A stretch of 64,000 bases of DNA, taken from Eledone cirrhosa (Eukaryota). This document shows positions 13,131 to 26,554 of the stretch, piece after piece. The notes beneath the pieces are model-generated. The model saw nothing but the letters and a program-made list of their open reading frames with translations. It was not told the origin of the DNA and searched no databases. The stretch lies in the NCBI GenBank assembly GCA_964016885.1, contig OZ024740.1, positions 267,964,001 through 268,028,000 on the forward strand, given 5' to 3'. The first letter of the stretch is position 1. Each line of letters begins with the position of its first letter. The position numbers were made by a program, and so were the translations under genes.

Positions 13131-13385
13131 GAGTTTGTGGTTGGTGGTGGTGGTGTGTGGGGGGGGGGAGGTGCTAAGAGGGGAACTTGGGGCGGGTTGT
13201 GTGGGTTCTGTCATTTTCCGTGGTGCTGTTGATGGCGGTCACCCATTTAAGTTGGAAAGCAGCTCGGCTGCAGTTGGCTTCATGTGTGTGTGTGTGTGTG
13301 TGCATTCGCGTGTGTGTATGTGTCTGCTCTTGTGCGAACTCACTATCTTAAAGATAACGCATTTGTCACTTGTTACATTAGTGTA

Positions 13386-13563
13386 AATAATTGTTTCTAC
13401 TTTTGGCACAAGGCCAGCAATTACCCAGTACATTACTGGTACTTTATTTTATCGACCCCGTAAGGATGAAAGGCAAAGTTAACCTCGGCGGGATTTGAAC
13501 TCAGATCGTAAAGGGACGTAACTACGCTGGAAAGCATGCCTGACCCTCTACCAATACTGCCAA
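13386..13563 (-). mobile_element. SINE family A copy
   Basis: Reverse complement of 8120-8297. Confidence 0.9.
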
Positions 13564-13595
13564 GATAGATACTTATATATATAGAGAGAGACGTA

Positions 13596-13930
13596 AGGCG
13601 GCGAATTGGCAGAGTCGCTAGAACGTCAGATAGAATGCTTTACAATATTCGTTCTGAGTCACGGTTCTCTGAATTTGAGTCTCACCGAGGTCAACTTTTC
13701 CTTTCATCCATTCGAGGTCGATAAAAACGTGCCAGTCTAGTACTTGATCGATTCTTTTTCTATATCTCGTTCTCACTTTCTTTTTCTCACTCTCTATCTT
13801 TCTCTGGAAGAAATCTTCAGTATTCAGAACTGGAGAGAACATGGGCTCCGCCAGGTTTTAAAAGTTCCCTATAAACGCCGTATATCATATGGCCCCACAA
13901 AGATTACCTCAGGAGTTACGGGTTTTAAAG
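13596..13930 (+). mobile_element. SINE A-related subfamily with an alternative 3' tail
   Basis: Head and core similar to family A, then gatcgattct...tctggaagaaatctt...ggctccgccaggtttta. The tail is shared with 1168-1390, 26685-26860 and 28505-28645. Confidence 0.7.
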
Positions 13931-14049
13931 GTAAAACAAGATGTATAGAGTTAAACAGAGAAGGGAGAATTGAAAAAGTTAAAAATTGTGAACTTTTTTG
14001 TTTATATATGAATATATATGTATGTGTATGTATCCCCCCCCCCCCTCTC

Positions 14050-14171
14050 AGGTCGCAGGCCCATCGCCAGTTGTTGCGGCCTGAAATGGAGACTGCAGTA
14101 TATTTTTCGAACAGGTCCATCTACCTAAGACGTGAATGAGTCCCTTGTTAACCCGTGCGAAGGACAATGCG
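14050..14171 (-). pseudogene. Possible DIRS/Ngaro tyrosine recombinase C-terminal fragment
   Basis: Minus frame ALSFARVNKGLIHVLGRWTCS resembles the YR box II I...GRW.S motif, but is short. Confidence 0.3.
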
Positions 14172-14190
14172 TATATATATATATATATAT

Positions 14191-14329
14191 AACGAAGGAA
14201 GTGTGGCAAGGAACCAGGTGGACCATAACGCACCAGAGTACTCGATACTATGGGTAGTAGAGTGGGTAATAGGAAAATAACTAGCTGTCGAAACGGCCGG
14301 AGCTCAGCCGTCGGGGTCCTGACTCTTTT

Positions 14330-14333
<4 letters not shown>
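14191..14333. mobile_element. TA-flanked module with HHR 3' half (9863 family)
   Basis: 14191-14277 matches 9864-9950; then tagctgtc-GAAACGGC-cggagctca-GCCGTC^ggggtc. Confidence 0.75.
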
Positions 14334-14365
<32 letters not shown>

Positions 14366-14914
14366 CATACATACGTGTGTGCGTATGCGTGTGCGTGCGC
14401 GTGTAAGTGCGTATCTGTGTCTCTGTTCTTGTTTCTCAACATACTGGTTTCGTAAACAGGGATTTATAATTTGAGTATCAGATTGAAGTATGTATTGGGA
14501 TTGATATGATCGAAGACATTCTGGAAGAGGGTCCTTCTGGGTGGCTGCCGACTCCTTCAATAGCTGAAACCTTTAAAATATCTGAATTACTCTTTATTGT
14601 TACTGTTATTGTTCCTTTCGGCAATAAACCGACATTGATTTTTTTTTAAATGTGTGAAATAAATTTGTGTTGGCCATTGAACACCTTCTCTCCTTCAATG
14701 ATGCATGTTTACACCTGAACAGCACCTCCTCGTAGGATTCCATGACATGTCAAATTACACATAAAAAAGTTAGGTCCCACCTACTAATTGATTTAGAATG
14801 TTCTAGAATATAAATCCAAATGAAAATCTTAAGACGATAGATTTCTTTACATAGAGACTTCATTAAAATTTCTTAGTCGCCGATTTAGATAAACCCTGAA
14901 CAGATTTATATCTA

Positions 14915-15339
14915 TACGAGGATCGGCTGAAAGGTTCATAGGCTAACTATGAAGGTGTGATGCTAGCGCTGTGAAATCTTACATGCATTAATTTCAGCTC
15001 TTCTTATGAACTCTTTAGCATTTACATTACTCTTTATATACTATTGGATTTTCACAGTAAAAGCTTTACCTCACATAATTATCTCACATAATACCAAATC
15101 TATGAGATTTTGATATTTATTGAAAACAATACCTTAACATAGGTATGAGAGGTCCGTTACAGCGGGTTTGAACAGCAGAGGTGACAGAATTTTGGCCGGA
15201 TATGGCCGGTTTAAATTCTAAAGGGTTAATAACTGCACTATTTCCTTCCAGAGATAATGTTGAAAAATAAATTTCATTTTGTCATTTCACGAGAGTATCT
15301 TAGTCAGCCTATGAAATTTTCAGTTATACGACTCTCGTA
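14915..15339. mobile_element. Mariner-type MITE with a nested TTAA-type MITE remnant (about 15008-15228)
   Basis: TIRs tacgaggatcggctgaaaggttcataggctaact / agtcagcctatgaaattttcag...ctcgta, TA-flanked. Inner element aactctttagcattt...aaattctaaagggttaa. Confidence 0.7.
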
Positions 15340-16448
15340 TAAATCAATTTTTGGTAGCTCACACAGATTTCCTCTAGGTTAGTTTACAACCGAACAGAAT
15401 TACTTGTGACAAGTTACAATTAGTTCAGATTAGAATCCTTTTTATGGCAAATATCAAACCTTACTTCAGTAATTTGCAGATATGTATACCAACTTCTGTA
15501 CACAAGGACTAACATTTGTCCAATGTCTAACAAGTCTTCCAATAGTAAAAGATGGGGAGGGTGAGAGAGAGATGGAGGCGATGACAGTGGGAGTTCGGCT
15601 CTTCCGTGTTCGGGCCTGGTCTGCAGCGTCAGGGAGGTAGTGGTTTGTTGTTACGTTTTTAGAACCTTGTGTTTGCGATTCCTGTATGTAATATAGAAAA
15701 TTGACATCTATTTTATAGAATTGCCTCTGGTACTAATTTTATCTATTAATCTGTTTTATTATCAATGTTATCTGTTTTATTATCAATTAATTATTGATAG
15801 GAACGTTATATATATAACTCACACATACATGTATAATAACAAACAATTTGTTGTCACTCCTATAAACAAACACTGATAGGTGCTATTACTTATTTTATTT
15901 TATCTTCCAGAAGATAAACATGGTCAGCACCAAATGGCGGAATTGGTAGAGCGCCGAATATGATGTCTTACCTTCTTAGTTTCCACCTTTTGCATTCCGA
16001 GTTCTTGTTTGATACATTTAACCCGTTACCTGCTTTAACATCATTATACTATTCTTGGGAGTCTTTAGAAAAGTTCACTCTGTTGCAACTATTTGTGAGA
16101 GGTTTCCTGTATGAGGATAACTTTCTCCAGTCAGTCCCGGAGCCTCCACTTCTGAAAAAAAAAGTAAAAAGAATTAAAAGTGTCATCGGAGTTGTCTTTC
16201 TCTAACTAAAAGTAAAGAGAAACAACAAAAATATTCCAGCCTTCAGCCTGCAGCTGGTAAAAAAATGGCTATATGGAATTTGAAGTCGTACCGTTTCATT
16301 TAACAGCAAACACAAAGGAGAAAGTTGAATTTGATAGTTTTGTTTAACCGGATGTTAACTCCGATTGAGGAGAATTATGATGAAAGACGTTCAAACCATG
16401 TCTATTCTATCTTTGTTTCGGGTTTAATCTAACCTAAACTTCATTATG

Positions 16449-16700
16449 TGAAGGGTCGTGGCTTAGTGATTAGAGAATTGGATTCACAATCGTGAGGTTG
16501 CGAGTTCGATTCCTGGACCGGGTAATGCGTTATATCCCGGAGCAAGACAATTTATTTCATGTTGCTCTTTCTGCCAGGAGTTGCGACCAGTAGATAGTAT
16601 AAGCAACAAAAAGACCAATGGAAACGTTATATCCTTGGTTCGATTTGACGAGCCCGTCCCACTCAGTAAGCGAATGAGGTCTGGGTTCTTGTCGATTGTT
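16449..16700 (+). mobile_element. SINE with family B-like tRNA head and distinct tail (paralog at 35222-35447)
   Basis: gtggcttagtgattagag A box, gagttcgattcc B box; tail accaatggaaac...gtaagcgaatgaggtctg..tcttgtcgat shared with the paralog. Confidence 0.75.
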
Positions 16701-16984
16701 CTCTCTCATAGACTTCATTATTTTGGATATGCATGTCTATTTTACTCTATTGTAGATTTCGTTGCTATTCTAGAAAGTCGGTCGATAACATAATAGTTTG
16801 TTTCTATTACTGCTTGTTGCTGCTTTTGTTGTTGTTATTATTATTGTAACCTATTTTAATGAAAGGAGATAAAAAAATGTTAATGTTTTTTCATAACTCG
16901 AGGAGAAGGAGAGGGAGGGGTGAAATAGATTAATTATATAAACACAAGTATATTATATACATCAAAAATAAGTTTCCTATCATT

Positions 16985-17400
16985 TGAAGGCTAAGATCGT
17001 TGATATTTCATCCTACCAGTTGTGTTATATGGTCTTGACTGTGTTAATTGGACAACAAGGTCACTTCAGAAGCTCTCTACATTCCAGAACCACATCATGA
17101 TACTGATCTGTATCAGAGAGCTGCTCAACTTTCCCAAACTTAGACCAATTGCATCAATTGCCAAGTCAAGAGTACTCAAACTATACGGCCATATAAAAAG
17201 ATCAACTCGTGGTGTGAGTAGGTTATGTCTGGAGGGAAGGTTGGCTGGTAAGAGAAGCAGAGGCCGGCAGCCAAAATGAAAGCTTGATAATGCCAACTTA
17301 TGGACTCGACTTGATCTTTGCTCTTTAAACTCTGCTGCTGGTGATCGACTTTGTGGAGAAAAATATCTCATGTTGATGCGCAGTCTACAACTAGCGGAGT
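16985..17400 (+). pseudogene. RTE-clade LINE 3' fragment
   Basis: LYGLDCVNWT...LSTFQN...IAKSRVLKLYGHIKR...LCLEGRLAGKRSRGRQPK is a typical RTE RT C-terminus. Confidence 0.8.
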
Positions 17401-17964
17401 TTAGCGTCAAAGTAAAATATTACTGGCATCTATTCGTCGATCTCATCCCATAGATTTCATCCCAAGACATAACAAAAAACAACACTAAATTCGCAAATGT
17501 AAAACAAGTGGCCAAGCAAGAGTCAAATAAAATATTATCTGTTGATTGTGCATACAGTCCTATGAGATGAAAAGAAAGGGTGTTCAGACATTTATCTAAT
17601 CACTAGGATCGATATGATCAATTGTTACCTTTTCCACAATATTTGAAACCTTATGTCTATATAAGATCTCAATATTGTATAAATATATCAGTTTGAATTG
17701 GTACCATATGTCTGGAAAAGAGGAGCTCGAAACTTTGATTCTTTCAAGGGAATCTTTAGACAAGAACTAAAACTTCGGCATTTAGTCGCAATTCTGGCTG
17801 ACTTGCTAACATGTATTATGTTTTTGCTAATGGTTTTAGAAGCTCTTACAGTCGTGAACAAGCACAAATACTTTCTCAGTCTTCCACACTTGACTGTACG
17901 GAACATCCTCGATATGACAACTAAAGGGAGAGATGAATGCGTCAGCACTCAACTAGCATCTTCT

Positions 17965-18094
17965 TTATGGCCCCCGAAATAATTATTTCTACGTTAGGCA
18001 CAAGGCCAGCAATAACCCAGTGCATTACTGGTACTTTACTGGGTAATTGCTGGCCTTGTGCCTAACGTAGAAACAATTATTTCGGGGGCCATAA
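17965..18094. repeat. Inverted duplication of a SINE A tail plus flank
   Basis: ttatggcccccgaaataattatttctacgttaggcacaaggccagcaat.acccagt ... actgggtaattgctggccttgtgcctaacgtagaaacaattatttcgggggccataa. Confidence 0.85.
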
Positions 18095-18329
18095 TAAAAG
18101 GTACAGTAGACATCGGTAGAATTTAAACGCTGAACAACTGTGTTGCATGCAAAAATTATAACGTAATACTAAAAAAACATATTTTCTTAATAAAAATCTG
18201 TTTCATTCATAAAATAAATATATTTTAAAAACAAGACCAACTAATTTCAAAGATTAGAAAGAAGTAAGACGGTAAGTTTACAGGCAAATTGAAGTATAAT
18301 TTTATTGTCTATTGTTAATATGCAGTCCG

Positions 18330-18470
18330 CCTCAATCTCCTAGTCGACAGGATGGAGAAGACATTGTCCCGGAGGACGGCGAGGTAGACGCGCTGGAATA
18401 GTCACTCCTCCTCACGGGGCTCGCACATGGGGGAAGCCAACACTCCGCTCCGATAACTATGTGCAGGAAT
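18330..18470 (-). pseudogene. CRE-like non-LTR retrotransposon C-terminal fragment
   Basis: Minus frame LASPMCEPREEE*LFQRVYLAVLRDNVFSILSTRR, homologous to 19120-19275. Confidence 0.6.
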
Positions 18471-19119
18471 GTGGTCGGGGGAGGGGGAGGCCACCTTCTC
18501 GTCAGTCATTTTATTTTAAGTTGGCAAAGTGTTATGTGAAGATTTAGCTGCTATTTCGGACAAGTCATGTGACTGTGTAGAGGCTCTCTCTTTGATGTGA
18601 GCTATTTAGCAGCCGCTGCAGGTCAGACCATTCTTTTCTCAAATATAGCATATTTAAAATTACATTGTGTAATGTGTCGCTACCCACTTTTCAAATCAGT
18701 TAAATTGATAGTTGTTATTTTTAACAGGTCCCTTGATTAGCAGTATTGGTAAAGCGTCGGACAACATGCTTTACGGCACAGAGTTTCGGCCCTTTGCGTT
18801 CTGAGTTCAAATCCTTCTAGGGTTGATCAAATAAAGCACTGGGGGTTGATCTCATCAACTTCCTCTCTTCCAAATGTGTTGGCCTTGCTTATGCCTAAAT
18901 AAAAAAAACATTATTTTGAACAGATCGAGCAATTACATCCAGGCTCCCAGTAACTCAGAGAAATTAAACACGTAATCAAAATAATCAGTTAACGTTTGTT
19001 CCGCATTAGCTTCTATAGAACTCCCACTATCGTCGCCTCCATCCCTCTCGCCCTCCCCATCTCTCTGTATTGTGAGCAAATGGGGTCCCACGCGCTGGTC
19101 ACCCCACAGCCCCGGCGGA

Positions 19120-19275
19120 CATCCCCGGAGGATGGTAAGGGAGATGCGCTGGAAGAGCCATTCCATCTCGCGAGGCACACACCTGCGGCTGGCCAGCTCA
19201 GCGCCTATGATGGTGAGTAGGGAGGTAGCCCTAGGGCCAAGGACACCAGAAGTCTCCACTGCCAAGGGCAAATTG
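19120..19275 (-). pseudogene. CRE-like (restriction-like endonuclease) non-LTR C-terminal fragment
   Basis: PLAVETSGVLGPRATSLLTIIGAELASRRCVPREMEWLFQRISLTILRG matches the P.AVET.G..G...QRIS..I.RGN pattern. Confidence 0.7.
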
Positions 19276-19718
19276 CGAGAAGAGAGAGAAAGCTAACAGA
19301 AATAAAAAAAATCGTCAGATAACATAAATAAGAAAGGGTGGAGGATAAGGAAAGAGAGAAATGGGAAGATATAAAGAATATTGAATTATTACGTGAAAGG
19401 TATTATCTAACAGTTTCTTTTTTGGGTTCTGTTCTGAATGTTTTAATTCACTTTGTATTGTTTTTCTTATGTTTTTTTTGTTTTGTTTTTCTGTTTTACT
19501 TTTTGCAGCAGATAAACAAAACCCTTAATACTGGCTGAATAATGAAATAGCTTACGATCCAGACGCACCCGTGGCATCTGTTCTGCTTTCTACACGACTG
19601 ACATTCAAGAATAGGTCGGTACTATGCCAAATAGTCGGTATGCGTTATAGGTAAAAACAAAACAAAAAAAACGCTTTGTACGCACGTATACACAGAGAAC
19701 GAAAGACTGAGAGAGAAG

Positions 19719-19755
<37 letters not shown>

Positions 19756-20024
19756 GTACATATATACTTAAACATATCATGAAAAAAAGCAAAAAGATTA
19801 AAAAAAGATGTAGCCCCTCCCTTCAAGAGTTGGTTATTTTATAGGGTTGGAAGTGTGTGGATGGGTGGATGTGTGTGTGTAGAGGTTGATTCCAATGTAG
19901 ACGACGAAGGGGTCAGTGTGTGAGCTTAACTGTTTCTATCATCTGCCGATCCGTATCATCCATTTCTACTGCCAACCGAAGTTAACAGCATTAGCAAGAA
20001 CAACAACCTCTAGTAACGTAGTGT

Positions 20025-20380
20025 TGTTGTTGTTGGTGGTGGTGGTGGTGGGGTTGGGGGTAATGGTGGTAATGCTAGTAAGTAAAGACATTAACAGTCG
20101 TAGTAGCATTAGTAGTAGAAGTGGTGGTGGTGAAGGTGGTATCAGTAGTAGTGCCGTCTTTATTGTGTGCTTAATGTCAGCCCTATTTGACTAATAAAGA
20201 AATCATTGATGGCCATAGTAGTAGTAGTGGTGGTGGTGGTGGTGGTAGTAGTGGTGGTGGTAGTAGTAGTAGTGGTAGTAGTAGTAGTGTTAGTAGTAGT
20301 AGTAATAGTAGTAGTAGTAGTGGTAGTAGTAGTAGCAGTAGTAGTAGTAGTAGTGTTAGTAGTAGTAGTAGTAGTAGCAG
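20025..20380. repeat. (AGT)n/(GGT)n trinucleotide repeats
   Basis: Direct inspection. Confidence 0.9.
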
Positions 20381-20989
20381 CAGAACCCCACCCGGTATGC
20401 CCCAGCAACACATCAGAGACACAATTAATTAGCTAACAACAGCAGCAACAACTACAGCCACACCTTACACTAGTGTAGCGATGTATCCTATCTTTGTGTT
20501 GTGCCAAACGGAAGAACTAAATTGCTAAAAAAAAAAGGTAACCCCCTCCATTCACCTACCATCACCTCGGTAAAAAGGTTGGGGATAATCAAACGGTTAA
20601 TATTAGAATGTTAGAATAAATCTTTGAACTTGAAACATGAATTCGCATTCACGTTAATTTGAACATTCCGACACCATTGAATATATATAGTGAAAGGCAG
20701 TGAATTGGCAGCCGTTAGACTGTTGATTAGAATACATTGCGGTATTTTCTCCGACATTTTACGCTCTGATTTCAAATCCTGTTGAAAGTAGCAGTCAAGT
20801 TCTTGGGTCTGTTCTTCTCCTTTGTCTCTCTCTAGAAGTCAGCTACGTTGAGCAGTGAAACGAAATGTGAGACATCACACACGGCATCCTTTTTCCAGAA
20901 ATGGATAATGATTGCACGAGAAACAAGGAACCCACTCCTTCTTATAGGTAAATATATATATAGTGGGCTTATACTATGAAGTTTACGCT

Positions 20990-21105
20990 AAGGTATGTCA
21001 ATATCTTAACACCAAATATTATATTTTATCAGATGAAAGCACACTAAAATTTAGTGTCCTAAAATAAATATGGTATTATAAAGATATTTTCCTTTAATTA
21101 ATATT

Positions 21106-21110
<5 letters not shown>
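20990..21110 (+). mobile_element. Degenerate copy of the 54760-54900 HHR module
   Basis: ggtatgtcaatat...attttat-CAGATGA-aagcacactaaaatttagtgtcct, then a homologous tail and (TA)n. Confidence 0.65.
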
Positions 21111-21156
<46 letters not shown>

Positions 21157-21406
21157 GAATGAAGAATAAAAAGGTCGACTGTACAATAAGGTTTATTTAC
21201 AGTATTAAAAATTGTTTCTTTAATCAGGTGAGTCGTGAGTCTAAAAGCCACTGATCGTTAGAAGTAACACCACTCGACCTTAATTACAGTCCAGTAGCTG
21301 GATTACCTTAAACGCTACCTTGCAAAAGATGTCAGCATGAATGGGCGTGTTATTTTTATCTAAAGACATTTTTTTCCAATTCCAATCTATCTTATTTCTC
21401 ATTCTT

Positions 21407-21442
21407 TCTTCTGATGAAGGACTAGCGTCCGAAACGTTAAGA
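21407..21442 (+). ncRNA. Complete minimal type I hammerhead ribozyme
   Basis: tctt-CTGATGA-a-ggac(tagc)gtcc-GAAAC-GTT^aaga; palindromic AACGTT stem III. Confidence 0.85.
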
Positions 21443-21914
21443 TCCCCTTCCTGCTATATCAAGCGTTAACCTAATATATCCCTTCCATACACTGTACCGA
21501 TTGTGTTGTTATTTCTGTTTACCTTTTACATACATATATATATAGGATAACAAGGTATCGTTAATATGGCACTGGAAGTGGAGCGATGTACAGTATAGCA
21601 GTACGGTATGGAAATAAAGATGAGTGTATATTGACATTTTTTTCCGTTGACTAGACATGAAGGTTAGTGAATACAAACTTTGCTGAAACACCGTGACAAT
21701 GCTGTAAGAATATGAATAAATCGATTTATTCAGTTGAATTCTGTTTTACTTATGACCTACTATAATCATCAGATCGGAACACAATATATATATTATGTAA
21801 TCAATCTCTGCGGGATTTGAAATCAGGGCGCAAGGGGACGTAACTAAACATTTTGCAAGGACATTTTTCTGACACTCCACTGATTTTAACAATCCTTTGG
21901 CCTCCAGGAAAGTA

Positions 21915-22776
21915 TAAATAATTGTTTCTACTTTTTGGCACAAAGCCAGCAATTACCCAATGCATTACTGGTACTTTATTTTATCGACCCCGTAATGATG
22001 AAAGGCAAAGTTAACCTCAGCGGGATCTGAACTCAGAATGGCAAGGGCCGTAACTCTATGCGTCAAAGCATGGCGTCCGACCCTCTACCGATACTGCCAA
22101 TCCACCACCCTAAGATGAAAGAATAAATAATGGTTTCTAATTTAGTCACAAAGCCAACAATAGGGGAGGGGAAGGTCTATTAAATCGACACCACTACATT
22201 ACTGGTACATTATTTTATCGACTCTGTAAGGATGACACGCAAAGCTAATCTCAGTGAGATTTGAACTCAGAACGTAAAGGGCCGTAACTCTATACCGCAA
22301 AGCATGTTGACCGACGCTCTACCGATACTGCTAATGCACCACCTTAAATAATTGTTTCTACATTTGACACAAGGCCAGCAATTTGGGGGAGGAGGAAAGT
22401 TGATTAAATCGACCCCAATGCATTACTGGTACATTATTTTAACGACCCTGTAAGTATGAAAGGCAAAGCTAATATCTCTGAGATTTGAACTCAGAACGCA
22501 AAGAGCCGTAATTCTATACCACAAAGCATGTTGTCCGACGCTCTACCGATACTGCCAATCCACTACCTTAAGAGGAACGTATAAATAATAACTGTTTCTA
22601 CTATTGGCACAAGGCCAGCAATTACCCAGTACATTACTGGTACTTTATTTTATCGACCCCGTAAGGATGAAAGGCAAAGTTAACCTCGGCGGGATTTGAA
22701 CTCAGAATGGCAAGGGCTGTAACTCTATGCGTCAAAGCATGGCGTCCGACCCTCTACCGATACTGCCAATTCACCA
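21915..22776 (-). mobile_element. Head-to-tail cluster of 4 SINE A copies
   Basis: Units begin at about 21917, 22127, 22347 and 22588. Confidence 0.9.
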
Positions 22777-23118
22777 ACGTCCATTTCATGTATTAATTAA
22801 AGAATTCTTTTATCCATAAAAGATATATTGATTTGTTTTGACAAAGCGATAGGACAAGTGTTTGTAGAGGCTGGGCAATATAGATGGTTAAACTGATACT
22901 TGTATATAATTGTGTCTATATTCATCGATCACAAAGTTATGGAAAATAAAGATGGCCGCGGGAGTAATGAAACTGAATACCGCAAGAAATTCATCCAGCG
23001 TTCTGTCGTGTTTGCCCTTAATCCTACTGAGATTAATTATATTTCTTCTTTGAAAAGACACATACACCTTACTTTTCTTTGTTTATTTGTTTGTTTTCCT
23101 TAGAAAAGGGAGTTAATG

Positions 23119-23316
23119 AATAATTGTTTCTACATTTGGCAGAAGGCCAGTAATTACTCCAGTACATTACTGGTACTTTATTTTATCGACCTCGTAACCT
23201 CGTAAAGATGAAAGGCAAAGTTAACCTCGGCGGGATTTGAACTCAGACCGTAAAGGGCCGTAACTCTATGCTGCAAAGAATGGCGTCCGACCCTCTACCA
23301 ATACTGCCAATCCACC
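23119..23316 (-). mobile_element. SINE family A copy
   Basis: Full-length reverse-complement match. Confidence 0.9.
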
Positions 23317-24099
23317 GGAGTTAATAAATAAGATGTAACAGTATTGTCTTCCTTAAGAACATTATCAGTTTTAGAGAAACACAAGGGCTTCTACAGGATA
23401 TCGTAACCGCTTTATGATCAGCGCATACTGGCAGGAAGATTAATTCTACGGCATTTAACTCTTTGAAAAAAAAAAAAAATCATATAACTTTCTTTTTATT
23501 TGACATAAGGTCTTATGCTTTTAGGGATAAAATAAACGAGATGTTGTAAAGCCCATGCTTTTCTCAAATATATTTTTAGCTTTAGAGAAGCGATATATCT
23601 TCAAATCTCATCTACCGCCACATCACGAAAAATATATTATGGAAATTAGGTATTACAAATAAAGTTCTCTTTTGATCTCCGGGCTGTCATTTTGAAATCC
23701 TAAATTTCGCATTCGGTAACGGTTAGTTCGATATGATACACCATGATTATTAGTCATAATTATTGATTTGAGATAAAAGCTGAAAATTAGTTCTTGCTGT
23801 TTGACATTTTTTTTAATGGTGACAACTGTTTAATTAACAAGTGTTTCCTATTCGACAAACATACAAGTAACTAACCATTAATATTTAATACCCAATTTAT
23901 ACAGGCAATATATTAACTTTAAATATTTGATTTTCGGTTCATTGCACTAAGGTAAGGTGACGGACATAATGATATCTGTTTGATTATTTTATAAGTAAGT
24001 ATACAGAGCCATATCCAAATGTTTAATACATATATATTTGGTTTCGCAGGGAAATTAGACACCGTAGTTAAACCAAAGGCCTTTTTTGAGCATCGAATC

Positions 24100-24136
24100 G
24101 GCTTGTTTCGTTTTTCTTAAAACTCATCAGGAAGAT
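24100..24136 (-). ncRNA. Hammerhead core remnant
   Basis: Minus strand CTGATGA-gtttt(aaga)aaaac-GAAAC; stems I and III not evident. Confidence 0.45.
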
Positions 24137-24730
24137 AAAGTATCTCCCTTTCAAACTATCAAACGAAAGTAGTGTAGGCCTACATATTTAAGATATAAAT
24201 ATATAAGTGTACATTCACAGTAGTATCAATAGAGGTTTGTTATTCTTCGCCCGCCATACAGTTTTATTGGATGGTACAGACGATATCTGAGTGAATTTAA
24301 CAGCTCAATCTATCACGTTTCACAGTTTTTGATTGGCTGATTTTAACTTATTATTAAATTAACGCTTAAATGAAAATGATCCAATCAATAAGTGATCCTG
24401 AAAACAGCTCTTTTCAAGCCTCGTTGAATTAGTGCAATTATCTACATATTAGAAAGAAGATCGATTTTACAAAGAAAATCGCAGCCTATCACGTGTAAGA
24501 AGATTTACCGCTACTCATTTCCTTCTCATCTCAAAGATAACAAATACAGACACAAACTTGCTGACAATACATCAATTTTTTTTTATTGGTTTCAGTCATT
24601 AGGTTGCGACCATGTTAGGGTAACGCCTTAACCTTGATCAAATAGAACACAGAGATTAGCTTTTTTTTCAAGACGTTTTTCTGTTGTCACATTTTGTCGA
24701 ACAGTTAGGTTGCAGGATATAACAGGCACG

Positions 24731-24827
<97 letters not shown>

Positions 24828-24952
24828 GAAAAGAATTAGGACCTCGACGGGTGAGCTCCGGACGGGGTCCTGTATCTTTTCTATTACCCCAAGTATCGAG
24901 TACTCTGGTGCGTTATGGTCAATCTGGTATCTTACCACACCCTCTTTGTTTT
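24828..24952. mobile_element. TA-flanked module of the 9863 family, opposite orientation
   Basis: aagtatcgagtactctggtgcgttatggtc is the reverse complement of 14221-14250; short internal fold-back aggacc...ggtcct. Confidence 0.7.
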
Positions 24953-25079
24953 ATATATATATATATATATATACATACAAGTCGAGAGACAACGGGATGA
25001 GGTGAAGCTCGACCTATTACGTGATGGGGTCGTAGACGCTGTAGATAAGAATAGCTTTTTGGCTTAATTATACAGAAAC

Positions 25080-25305
25080 TAGGTGGATTGGCGAAAGGTC
25101 GGTGGATTGGTAAAGGGCGGTGGATTGGCATAATCAGTAGAGCGTCAGACACCATGCTTTGCAGCATAGAGTTATGGCCCTTTACGGTCTGAGTTCAAAT
25201 CCCGCCAAGATTAACTTTGCTTTTATCCTTACGGGGTCGATAAAATAAAGTACTAGTAATGCACTGGGATAATTGTTGGCCTTGTACCAAAAGTAGAAAC
25301 AATTA
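25080..25305 (+). mobile_element. SINE A copy with triplicated 5' end
   Basis: ggtggattgg occurs three times before the SINE body. Confidence 0.85.
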
Positions 25306-25549
25306 TACAGAAACTACGTAATATGACAGCTGCAGTTTGATAATGTCTGTCTTCCCCATTTAGTAGTTGTTGCGGTCCGGTTACCTATGCCGAGTTTGGG
25401 AAGATGGGTGGTCCACGATGGATTTACTGAATTTGGAGGGTGAGTACTTTTTGGTTTGGCCGGAGTTATGAATACAAGTTTGGCGTTAGGTTCAGGGTGT
25501 TTGTTGACTGATTGGAACAATAACAGCCATATATGCGTACATAATGCAT

Positions 25550-25582
<33 letters not shown>

Positions 25583-25749
25583 AAGAAAAAAACTATATAT
25601 TTTTGTCTTTCTTCCTTTTTCTTTATATAATGATGTACATAGCCTCTCACCGTTTATTTAAATAAAATAAGATTTATTAAATTGCGATAATAATTAATTT
25701 TTCATTAAATATGTGTGTGTGCGTACATGCGTTTCTCCTCTCTTTCTCC

Positions 25750-25862
<113 letters not shown>

Positions 25863-26554
25863 ATATTTGGGGAGGGTCATATTGTTACAATATTGCCAGA
25901 CATAATAATAAGACATACTCAGTTTGTTTTGGATTGGTTTTCGCTCTGTATATTTTATACCTCTATAGTTAATTTATATGGCAATCAATTTTTACCATTT
26001 ATTGACTAACAGTTAAAAATATAGATATAAATATATATAACCCTGGGAACCTGACGCAAATTCTGTCAGCAGAGTGAACTTCACTAAAGGCATTCAAGGG
26101 CCATGTTGTCGTATTTAACCGGTGACAAATGACGTCTGACGTCAAAATAGGCCACGGCGTTTTTCGGACGTGGAGTTTAAAAAGCCGAAACAAGTGCTGC
26201 AATGCAAATGATACTTGACGCTCTAATTATTCTCTCACTCCACCGCTTTAGATTGGTATTTTATTTATCGATTTCTGTAATATTGGTTTCTGATTTAGGT
26301 ACAAGGCCAACAGGAGTGCGTTACAGGTGCTTTATTTTATCGACCCTGGGCGGGATTTGAACTCAGAATTCAAGGATTTGCTATGAGGTTAAGCAGCGTA
26401 TGCTTAAACGCTCATAAGTATTTAATAACATTCTTTGATCATATTCCCATTTTAAAACCAACCGAGATGTGATTGACTTTGCTTTTCATTGCACCTGGTT
26501 CGATCAAATGAGTACCAACTATGTATTATGGTTAGTTATATCATACATAGGAAG

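Noticed and set aside
17688-17982. Overlapping 86 and 94 aa ORFs as a host exon
   Set aside because: No recognisable motif or convincing splice context.
20160-20436. Poly-S/T/V ORFs
   Set aside because: (AGT)n repeat translations.
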